From the IMG/VR virus record IMGVR_UViG_3300031857_000038, positions 54,794 to 118,793 of that record: a stretch of 64,000 nucleotides of DNA; one strand, given 5' to 3'. Each line of letters opens with the position of its first letter. The first letter of the stretch is position 1. Under the pieces are notes generated by a model that was not told the origin of the DNA, ran no database searches, and saw nothing but the letters and a program-made list of their open reading frames with translations. Shown piece after piece: positions 56,858 to 64,000 of the stretch. This DNA comes from a virus. The translations under genes were made by a program, and so were the position numbers.

Positions 56858-57856
56858 ATGAACAACAAGGAACAACTACTTTATTTCTTCCTCAATGGTA
56901 AGGTAAGCTTGAGTCAGTATGACTACAAGTTCATGGCCAACCTGCAAACTATGATCCAAAACAAGAACAGGGTCACTAGTAATCAGGCTACCTTGTTTGA
57001 TAATCTTATTAGTAAGTATAAGAAGCAGCTTACTAAAAACGGATTTGACAAAGATATTTTGAAATCTTTGCCTTGGAAGACAGAGATAGTTGAGAGTACG
57101 CCGGAATACACTGGAGCAATGGTTTCGTTGTATGGCGATGATCTCGTAATCAAGGTGCCCTTCAACAAGCCGTTTATCAGTGCATTTAGACAAGTTAAGA
57201 ACAACCACTATGAATGGGACAAGGATAGCAAGGTTTATCGTGCCCCGTTCAATACAGTCGCATTGAAGATTGCAAATACTGAACTAGGGAAGTATTTCCC
57301 CACAGTTAGGTTCGATGATAATCTTAACAAGTTGTTCAGTGACATTTCAGTTTACAATGCAGAGGTATACAACCCTACTCTACATGTAATCAACGGTAAC
57401 CCTATGATTGTCGCTATCAATAGCGTTTTAGGGGAACTAACGCAAAATATGGATTTGAAGGTTGATAGTATCACATTGCACAAGTTGACAATGATGGGTA
57501 TCGACATTGATCCTTCAGTGTATCAATCTGACCCTAGACTAGAGTTTGCAAGCAAGCGGGTCTATGAAATTGAAATGGATCAGGTAGAGATTGTTATCTC
57601 TTGGATGAAGAATCTTGGTTGCCAAAATGTCATTGTTGGCAGAGGACTTAGAACACACATAAGTCAGGATGCTTTATATGAACTTATTGCCAAATATGGT
57701 ATGCAGCCATGTGGACCAATGAGTTTTGGTAAGCTTCCTGATGGAGTCAATATGCTTATTCAGCATACATCTAACATAGATGTTCGAGGTGCCTTCGCAG
57801 GTCAAATAAGTAAAACAGTCGTGCTTAAAGATAGCCGACCGATTGAGGTCAAATGA
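56858..57856 (+). CDS. Hypothetical protein upstream of the helicase
   Basis: ORF track; V.FNK.FI..FR...WDKD.K.Y pattern. Confidence 0.65.
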   Translation: MNNKEQLLYFFLNGKVSLSQYDYKFMANLQTMIQNKNRVTSNQATLFDNLISKYKKQLTKNGFDKDILKSLPWKTEIVESTPEYTGAMVSLYGDDLVIKVPFNKPFISAFRQVKNNHYEWDKDSKVYRAPFNTVALKIANTELGKYFPTVRFDDNLNKLFSDISVYNAEVYNPTLHVINGNPMIVAINSVLGELTQNMDLKVDSITLHKLTMMGIDIDPSVYQSDPRLEFASKRVYEIEMDQVEIVISWMKNLGCQNVIVGRGLRTHISQDALYELIAKYGMQPCGPMSFGKLPDGVNMLIQHTSNIDVRGAFAGQISKTVVLKDSRPIEVK

Positions 57857-59310
57857 ACGAAGCTAAAATCATAATTAAGGATGAAGTCAATGTAAAGATT
57901 GAGGGTCTTGAACTATCAGACCGTCGAGCATTGATGAAGAAGTTTGAGTACGAAAAGCCGGGGGCAAGATATTTGCCTTCGGTTCGTTTGGGTCGTTGGA
58001 ACGGCAAGATTAGCTATTTCAGTCTAGCAGGCAGCACTTATCTGAACCTACTGGAAGACATTATCACATATCTATATGATAATAATTATGACATTGAACT
58101 GATTGACCATAGACAACAGCACGGTAAGCTAGAGTTTGATTTGATTCGTGAAGATAGCTTTGCTGACACTGTATGGCCAGTTGGACATGAGCGTGAGGGT
58201 CAGCCCATCGTGCTACGAGACTATCAGGTAGAGATTGTAAACAACTTCTTAGCTAACCCTCAAAGCCTACAGGAAGTCGCTACAGGGGCGGGTAAGACAC
58301 TCATGACTGCTGCTCTATCTAAGAGCGTAGAACAGTATGGCCGCAGTCTTGTAATCGTCCCTAACAAGAGCCTAGTCGTGCAGACAGAAGCAGACTATAT
58401 CAATCTAGGACTTGATGTAGGCGTGTACTTTGGTGATCGTAAAGACTATGGCAAGACGCACACAATCTGCACTTGGCAATCATTGAACAATCTGTTTAAG
58501 AACACAGCCGATGCAGGTGAAGAAAGCCTAGACGAATTCTTCTTTGATGATATTGCCTGCGTCATTGTTGACGAAGTTCATATGGCTAAGGCTGATGTTC
58601 TTAAGACGATGCTTACTGGCGTGTTCAGCAACATTCCGATTCGGTGGGGACTAACGGGGACGATTCCCAAAGCTGAAATGGATCGTGTATCATTGCTCGT
58701 TTCGCTTGGTCCTGTAATCGGCAAGCTATCTGCTAGTGAATTACAAGACCGAGGTGTACTTGCACAGTGTCACGTTAACATCGTCCAGCTTAAGGACAAT
58801 GTAGAGTTCACCAACTATCAGTCAGAGTTGAAGCATCTATTAGAAGATGAAAAGCGGCTTGATAGAATCGCAGAACTTATTGAAAAGGTCAACGAGACTG
58901 GAAACACTCTTGTTCTTGTTGACCGTGTCAATGCAGGTAAAGAACTTGTCAGCCGATTAGGCGCTAACGCAGTGTTCGTCAACGGCGGCACGAAACTGAC
59001 AGAACGAAAGGAAGAGTATGATGAAGTCGCTACTAGCGATGATAAAATCATTGTGGCAACATACGGAGTCGCAGCAGTGGGCATTAATATTCCTCGCATC
59101 TTTAATTTGGTTCTTATTGAACCAGGTAAATCTTTTGTGAGAGTGATTCAGAGTATTGGTCGAGGTATTCGTAAGGCAGAAGACAAGGACCACGTACAGA
59201 TTTGGGACGTTACAAGTTCTTGTAAGTTCGCAAAAAGACACTTGACACAACGCAAGGCTTTCTATAAAGAGGCCAACTATCCGTTCACTTTGGAGAAATT
59301 AGATTATTAA
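57853..59310 (+). CDS. uvsW: SF2 DNA helicase UvsW
   Basis: LRDYQ, ATGAGKT, VDEVH, GLTGT, GINIP, QSIGRGIR. Confidence 0.92.
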   Translation: MNEAKIIIKDEVNVKIEGLELSDRRALMKKFEYEKPGARYLPSVRLGRWNGKISYFSLAGSTYLNLLEDIITYLYDNNYDIELIDHRQQHGKLEFDLIREDSFADTVWPVGHEREGQPIVLRDYQVEIVNNFLANPQSLQEVATGAGKTLMTAALSKSVEQYGRSLVIVPNKSLVVQTEADYINLGLDVGVYFGDRKDYGKTHTICTWQSLNNLFKNTADAGEESLDEFFFDDIACVIVDEVHMAKADVLKTMLTGVFSNIPIRWGLTGTIPKAEMDRVSLLVSLGPVIGKLSASELQDRGVLAQCHVNIVQLKDNVEFTNYQSELKHLLEDEKRLDRIAELIEKVNETGNTLVLVDRVNAGKELVSRLGANAVFVNGGTKLTERKEEYDEVATSDDKIIVATYGVAAVGINIPRIFNLVLIEPGKSFVRVIQSIGRGIRKAEDKDHVQIWDVTSSCKFAKRHLTQRKAFYKEANYPFTLEKLDY

Positions 59311-59314
59311 TATG

Positions 59315-59343
59315 TTGACAATCATAACTAACCGTGCTAGTAT
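59315..59343 (+). promoter_or_regulatory. sigma70-type promoter
   Basis: TTGACA-17 nt-TAGTAT, with the ATG 6 nt downstream. Confidence 0.55.
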
Positions 59344-59349
59344 TATATT

Positions 59350-59850
59350 ATGCGAATTCTAACATTAGATAACGAGTTCTATAACCTAGAAACTCTCCCC
59401 GACGAAATTGATGATTTGCGCTTTGCTATCCTAGATAATAGTGTTCCGGCAAACGTAGACTATCACTATATTCCATTAATCTTTTTGGAATCATTCAATA
59501 GTCCTGCACTTGTATTAAGAGTAGCAGACAAAGTTATCAAGATGCCAATTGACTGGCAAGTATTGATTGGTGAAAAAGAACACGGCGACCTAGAAGCATT
59601 GCCGTTGAGTAGTCTGAACGATAGGGGATTCAATGTATTTGAATTCAATCCATTAAGTTCATTCTCTCCCTCGTTCTTGCCAATTGAGATTGTAGATATC
59701 TATCCAGAAGTTACTTGGTATGCCCCAAGATTAAAGAATGGACAGTTTTTATGTGTCCCTATTGATGATGGAGAAAAGCCTAGATGCATATACTTTGTTA
59801 AAGAAGTCAGTAGAAATTGTGAAGTTATAGATTATTCTTTGGTTTATTAA
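59350..59850 (+). CDS. Hypothetical protein, possibly a degenerate Hint fold
   Basis: Pattern resemblance only (RILTLDN..., LVLRV..KVIKMP.DW.VLI, EIVDI...WY). Confidence 0.55.
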   Translation: MRILTLDNEFYNLETLPDEIDDLRFAILDNSVPANVDYHYIPLIFLESFNSPALVLRVADKVIKMPIDWQVLIGEKEHGDLEALPLSSLNDRGFNVFEFNPLSSFSPSFLPIEIVDIYPEVTWYAPRLKNGQFLCVPIDDGEKPRCIYFVKEVSRNCEVIDYSLVY

Positions 59851-59860
59851 GGAGCGTACA

Positions 59861-59998
59861 ATGACTAATATTCTTGAATCATACAAAAAGAGCGTTAAGA
59901 AGAAGACTGAAGGCGATGTTATGGGTGTGATTCGCACTCTATTCCCTGACATTGAAGTCGAAACCTTCATTAAAAAGAAGGCTAAGAAGAAGTCATAA
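59861..59998 (+). CDS. Small basic protein (45 aa)
   Basis: Read manually; AAGGAG SD; TAATG overlap with the next gene. Confidence 0.6.
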   Translation: MTNILESYKKSVKKKTEGDVMGVIRTLFPDIEVETFIKKKAKKKS

Positions 59999-60417
59999 TG
60001 TCATCTGGACATATATCATTAGGTCAGGCAAAATATAATAGAACGATGGCTAGAACTCCTCCTAGTGCTGGAGTCTTTAGACTTGATACTGCTAGGACAC
60101 GCAAAGTAAGAAAAGAAAAGGAAAAGAAGATGGGTTGGTTTAAGAGAAAGTTTGCTCAATGGTGCCGAGAAGCATGGGAAAATTCTCGCAAAGAAGAAGT
60201 ATATGCTACGGATACAGTAAGAGCCCATGACGGTATTAACGGTAAGTCTAGTGTTCGTTTCACCATTTATGCTGCTTCGGGCGGACACATCATTGAATAT
60301 TACAAGCAAGATCGCTATAAAGATGGTGATGGTCCCGAACTTGTGATTGTTAATCAGGGTGACGAGTTGGGCAAGGTCGTTGAACATATTCTTACTATGG
60401 AAGCACTTCGCTCATAA
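59998..60417 (+). CDS. Hypothetical protein
   Basis: FTIYAASGGHIIEY motif; start uncertain. Confidence 0.6.
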   Translation: MSSGHISLGQAKYNRTMARTPPSAGVFRLDTARTRKVRKEKEKKMGWFKRKFAQWCREAWENSRKEEVYATDTVRAHDGINGKSSVRFTIYAASGGHIIEYYKQDRYKDGDGPELVIVNQGDELGKVVEHILTMEALRS

Positions 60418-61004
60418 TGGCTAAAGAGAAACTATCAGCGGACGAAAAGTTCGAGAAGGTCGAGTTTGACCTCTTTGAAGCACTTGCGGCTATTGACCGC
60501 AAGGACTATTCGTATTATGATAGGTTGACTCCTGAACAGCAAAAGAAGTTCGTGCCATTTATGATGATTCATTGGATCAGTGCAGTTAAAGGTAGTGGGG
60601 ATATTCAATCATACTATCTGCAAAGCACTGACTATCACGCTAACAAGTACTTGTTCAACGAGAGTGTTCAGAAGCATCCTAAGCTACAGTGGTTGATGTT
60701 GTGTGCTGCAAGCCCGGGTATAGGCAAACAGTTTCATCAATGGATTCCGCATATCCGTGAGCGTGTAAGTAAGCTTAAAGAAAGCCCAAAGCACAAAGAA
60801 ATTAAGGACTATTACAAGAAGGTATATCCTAAAGCAAGTGACAGTGATCTTACCCTAATTACCGAGATATTTGTCATCAATCACAAGACAAAGATGTATC
60901 TTGCTAATAAGTTCCCCGAATTAAAGTTTGATGAGATTGAGTTATTAAGTGACCTTATTACAGACGAAGATATCAAAGAGTACGAAGAAGCCTTCGGTAA
61001 CTAA
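60417..61004 (+). CDS. Putative clamp-loader small subunit (T4 gp62-like)
   Basis: LFEAL.AI..K...YY......KKF.PFM...W.S; helical; replication-gene context. Confidence 0.5.
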   Translation: MAKEKLSADEKFEKVEFDLFEALAAIDRKDYSYYDRLTPEQQKKFVPFMMIHWISAVKGSGDIQSYYLQSTDYHANKYLFNESVQKHPKLQWLMLCAASPGIGKQFHQWIPHIRERVSKLKESPKHKEIKDYYKKVYPKASDSDLTLITEIFVINHKTKMYLANKFPELKFDEIELLSDLITDEDIKEYEEAFGN

Positions 61005-61680
61005 GACAGAGTTCCAGTGCGAATTCTGTAATAGGTATTTTCAGAAGGAAACAACCATGATGAGCCATCTGTGCGAGACAAAGCGCAGGTGGCAAGACCG
61101 CGACATGCCAGGCAATCGTATTGGCTTTCAATCATGGCTTGAGTTCTACAAAAGAAACACTGCCAGCAAGAAGCAAAAGACTTATCAGGACTTTGCTAAG
61201 AGCGCATACTACATTGCCTTTGTCAAGTTTGGTCACTATTGCGTTGACATTAAGTGCATTAATGTCAACCGTTATGCTGATTGGCTATTGAAGAACAATG
61301 TCAAGATTGATAACTGGTGCAGTGATAGCAACTATGACAAGTTCTTGGTTGATTATCTTAAGCAGGAAGATCCATTGGATGCTATCGCTCGTAGTATTGA
61401 AACTACGATTGAACATGCTAAGAATGAAAAGATTAAAAGCAAAGATTATCTGCGATATGGTAACAGAAATCGCATTTGCAGTTTGATCGTTAATGGTAAG
61501 ATCAGTCCTTGGATGCTCTATCATAGTGAAAGCGGTATTGAATTGCTTGAGAACCTTGACATTACGCAGCAAAAAATGGTTCTTGATTATATCAATCCTG
61601 AACAGTGGGCATTGAAGTTTCATCGTAATACCGACGGCGTATCTCAGGTAAAAGAATTGCTCAGTGCCGGAGGATACTAA
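60949..61680 (+). CDS. Protein with an N-terminal C2H-type zinc finger
   Basis: FQCEFCNRYF..E..M.SHLCE. Confidence 0.65.
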   Translation: MTLLQTKISKSTKKPSVTKTEFQCEFCNRYFQKETTMMSHLCETKRRWQDRDMPGNRIGFQSWLEFYKRNTASKKQKTYQDFAKSAYYIAFVKFGHYCVDIKCINVNRYADWLLKNNVKIDNWCSDSNYDKFLVDYLKQEDPLDAIARSIETTIEHAKNEKIKSKDYLRYGNRNRICSLIVNGKISPWMLYHSESGIELLENLDITQQKMVLDYINPEQWALKFHRNTDGVSQVKELLSAGGY

Positions 61681-61895
61681 TGCGCTACTTTCATATGGAT
61701 CAAAAGTTGTTTGATACATGGACTGACAATCTGATCATTAAGTCATATAATTGGCAACAGATTGGTATTTCAAACGATTATTGCAATCAGATTTCAGAAC
61801 CCGAATATGGACTACGATTGATTGACTGGCAAGATCGTTCGTTTGAAATCATAGATGAACACAAGTATACTGTTTTTCTATTGAGATATCGCTAA
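61680..61895 (+). CDS. Small protein of the F-x-L-R-[WY] family
   Basis: Ends FEIIDEHKYTVFLLRYR. Confidence 0.6.
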   Translation: MRYFHMDQKLFDTWTDNLIIKSYNWQQIGISNDYCNQISEPEYGLRLIDWQDRSFEIIDEHKYTVFLLRYR

Positions 61896-62098
61896 TGTCT
61901 TTGTTTGGTCCATGCACGGTATTAATTTCTGATCCTGAAAATCCTAAGGAAATAGAAGAATGGTGTCGCAACAATGCTAGCTTCTTGAGTGTGGTTGCTA
62001 CTGATGTGTCGGATGTTAGTTATGATGCAGATGTTATTTACGCTTATACATTTGAGAACGAAGAAGCTACTAATTGGTTTAAGTTGCGTTGGTTATGA
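61895..62098 (+). CDS. Small protein of the F-x-L-R-W family
   Basis: EIEEWC...FENEEATNWFKLRWL. Confidence 0.62.
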   Translation: MSLFGPCTVLISDPENPKEIEEWCRNNASFLSVVATDVSDVSYDADVIYAYTFENEEATNWFKLRWL

Positions 62099-62349
62099 GT
62101 AATAGACCAGACGATAATTATGACTACGTTAAGCGATGGGATGAAACAAATCCTGGTTGGTATGAAGTAGCACTGCATTTTCATGATCCTAACGAATCCG
62201 TAATTAACTATGCAGAAATAACTGAATGGGTAAAAGAGAATATACAGGGATATAAAAAACATACTAGGTATCGGTATATGGGAAATTACTTACGATTTAA
62301 GTTTAGATACGAGAGAGATTATATATGGTTCAAACTAACATGGGGTTAA
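62095..62349 (+). CDS. Small protein of the F-x-L-x-W family
   Basis: EITEWV...FKFRYERDYIWFKLTWG. Confidence 0.62.
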   Translation: MSNRPDDNYDYVKRWDETNPGWYEVALHFHDPNESVINYAEITEWVKENIQGYKKHTRYRYMGNYLRFKFRYERDYIWFKLTWG

Positions 62350-62624
62350 GAGCATCCGACTATATTGACTATGATATTATTGAGGCTGTTCCCGTAGAAC
62401 AGAAGATTAAAAAGCAAGTTGCAGTTAATGGTGCGTGGGAAGAACGGCAATTTATTCGTATACCTATTCGCAACGCAGACCATCGTTCTAGGGGAACCAG
62501 TGAATTAGAAGAATGGTGCTACAAATATTATAAAGAACCTCGCTACTTAGGACCTTGGTTTAAGGTATCGGGCTATATCATTCTTGATGAAAAGACATAT
62601 ACGCATTGGAAATTATGTGAATGA
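62325..62624 (+). CDS. Small hypothetical protein (related family)
   Basis: ELEEWC...DEKTYTHWKLCE. Confidence 0.55.
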   Translation: MVQTNMGLRASDYIDYDIIEAVPVEQKIKKQVAVNGAWEERQFIRIPIRNADHRSRGTSELEEWCYKYYKEPRYLGPWFKVSGYIILDEKTYTHWKLCE

Positions 62625-63306
62625 TTTAACTGAGGGTGAAGGATATCTGTTCTTTGAGAACGTGATACCTGATGAACTAATTGATGGCATTAATAGCAAA
62701 CTGGATACGTTATATCCGGTTCGTGCAACCAGTTCAGGTAAACGTTACGAAGAACGGGAGAACATCAGTAAGCTAAGTGATATTAGTTATTGGTGGAGCC
62801 AAACAGTTATGGATTGGTGGGAAGTCAAACTAATCAATGATTTTCTAATCACTCGTATCAATAAAGAACTTGACAATGCTGTTTGGTATACGAGTGACAT
62901 TATTACGATTAATGGAGATACTAAGTTAGTTAATCCTCACGTTGATACGCCGCATAGATTCAAGCAGTGGAACATGGATCCTAGATTACTAGGAGTACAG
63001 TGCATCGTGTCATTGCAAGATACTACGCCTGAAATGGGTGCAACCGGTTTTGTACCCAATAGTCACGAACCTGATTGGGACATTGATATGTGCTACAATG
63101 GAGCATATAACAAATACTTTTGGGATTTTCATGAGCAAAGACACATGCCTAAAGGGTCGGTGTTGATGTACAACTGTAGGCTACTACATTCTAGTATGCC
63201 AAATTATTTACCCGAACCTCGCCCAATGCTCTTGCTAAATTACCTAAATGGTGATATACTGGAAGATGTGAAAAAGATAGACAATATTTGGAGTTCAAAT
63301 GGCTAA
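62584..63306 (+). CDS. Phytanoyl-CoA dioxygenase (PhyH)-like 2OG-Fe(II) oxygenase
   Basis: EGY..F.NVIP, PHVD, L.D.T.E.GAT.FVP.SH, KGSVL....LLHS..PN...R; start may be GTG at 62617. Confidence 0.82.
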   Translation: MMKRHIRIGNYVNDLTEGEGYLFFENVIPDELIDGINSKLDTLYPVRATSSGKRYEERENISKLSDISYWWSQTVMDWWEVKLINDFLITRINKELDNAVWYTSDIITINGDTKLVNPHVDTPHRFKQWNMDPRLLGVQCIVSLQDTTPEMGATGFVPNSHEPDWDIDMCYNGAYNKYFWDFHEQRHMPKGSVLMYNCRLLHSSMPNYLPEPRPMLLLNYLNGDILEDVKKIDNIWSSNG

Positions 63307-63853
63307 CCACATTATGATTGATATGGAAACACTCAGTACCGACGTTTCCACTGTAATACTTACTATCGGTGCTGTTCGTTTCGATCCTCGCGGGGTTGGC
63401 GTAATTGAGAAGCTTGAGCTTCGTCCAACTATGGAAGAACAGACTGAAATTTATAATCGCACTATCAGCGATGATACACTTCGTTGGTGGGGTGAACAAA
63501 GCCCTGAGGCTATTGAAGAAGCTATGGGTGAACGTGATCGCATTTCGTATAAAGAATGTATGGAAAAGCTGTATCAGTTCTGCTGGCAGCGGCACGATAA
63601 GGTTTGGAGTAACGGCTCTGGCTTTGATATCGTGATTGCAGAAAGTGCATTCCGTGATCTTGATATGAAGTATCCGTGGCAGTTTTGGAATGTTCGTGAT
63701 TGTCGCACTATCTATGATCTTGCTGGTGTAAGCCTCAAGGATGGTGGACACGTTACAAGTCACAAGGCAGTAGAAGACGCAGAGCGTCAGGCTATTGTCG
63801 TTCAGAAGGCTTATCAGAAGCTTATTCAAGCAGGTATGACTCACATCCGATGA
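63299..63853 (+). CDS. 3'-5' exonuclease (DEDD, T4 DexA-like)
   Basis: MIDMETL, IGAV.F, WSNG.GFD, RDCRT, HKAVEDA. Confidence 0.85.
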   Translation: MANHIMIDMETLSTDVSTVILTIGAVRFDPRGVGVIEKLELRPTMEEQTEIYNRTISDDTLRWWGEQSPEAIEEAMGERDRISYKECMEKLYQFCWQRHDKVWSNGSGFDIVIAESAFRDLDMKYPWQFWNVRDCRTIYDLAGVSLKDGGHVTSHKAVEDAERQAIVVQKAYQKLIQAGMTHIR

Positions 63854-64000
63854 ACATTGAAAAAGAAAACACCTGGCGCACACTACAAGGGTTGAAGCCT
63901 ATTCAGCCGCTAAAGTGTCGTTTAGGTTGGCATCGTTGGACAAGTTTTGAAGTGCTTGATGGCGACTGGAGCATGGGATATGGTCCTGCTGCTAAGTGTG
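63850..64000 (+). CDS. Hypothetical protein, 3' truncated by the window edge
   Basis: ATGA overlap; C.LGWHRW motif; open to the end of the window. Confidence 0.5.
   Translation, partial: MNIEKENTWRTLQGLKPIQPLKCRLGWHRWTSFEVLDGDWSMGYGPAAKC

Larger units (their letters stand above)
1..64000 (+). mobile_element. Segment of a large T4-like bacteriophage genome (probably lytic; alphaproteobacterial host inferred)
   Basis: T4-type terminase, gp32, UvsX/Y/W, spanins and late promoters; dense single-strand gene packing; no integrase or bacterial housekeeping operons. Confidence 0.93.

Noticed and set aside
46695-59310. Inteins in the terminase, UvsX or UvsW
   Set aside because: Lengths are typical and no C...HN-bounded insertions or LAGLIDADG motifs are seen
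1-64000. Stop-codon reassignment
   Set aside because: Recognisable genes are full length under the standard code and end in TAA, TGA or TAG with tight overlaps

Overview
A 64-kb segment of a large lytic T4-like (myovirus-type) phage genome. All credible genes lie on the + strand. T4-type core genes are present: gp17 terminase, gp32 SSB, UvsX, UvsY, UvsW, a gp62-like clamp-loader subunit, DHFR, thymidylate synthase, a DexA-like exonuclease, spanins and a gp9/10-type baseplate motif, together with sigma70-type early promoters and TAAATA late promoters. A circularly permuted, two-piece tmRNA of alphaproteobacterial type (tag ANDNNVDLALAA) points to an alphaproteobacterial host. Four features stand out. 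(1) A ~28-kb sugar-modification island (1-28276) carrying late-promoter motifs: four radical SAM proteins, two B12-dependent radical SAM proteins, four GT-B-like and four SGNH-like paralogs, an epimerase, a UDP-glucose dehydrogenase, a DegT aminotransferase, an amidinotransferase and a carbamoyltransferase. It ends in a 1915-aa repeat protein built from degenerate glycosyltransferase pieces. (2) A 940-aa polyvalent protein (nucleotidyltransferase, PG-binding-like, ParB-like, ADP-ribosyltransferase-like) whose module junctions fall on [ILV]-x-E prohead-protease-type sites, plus three paralogs with T4-like capsid-targeting N-termini. (3) Late promoters sitting 4-8 nt from start codons, which suggests leaderless late mRNAs. 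(4) A dispersed family of small proteins ending in F-x-L-[RK]-W. All functional calls come from motifs read by eye; no database search was run.
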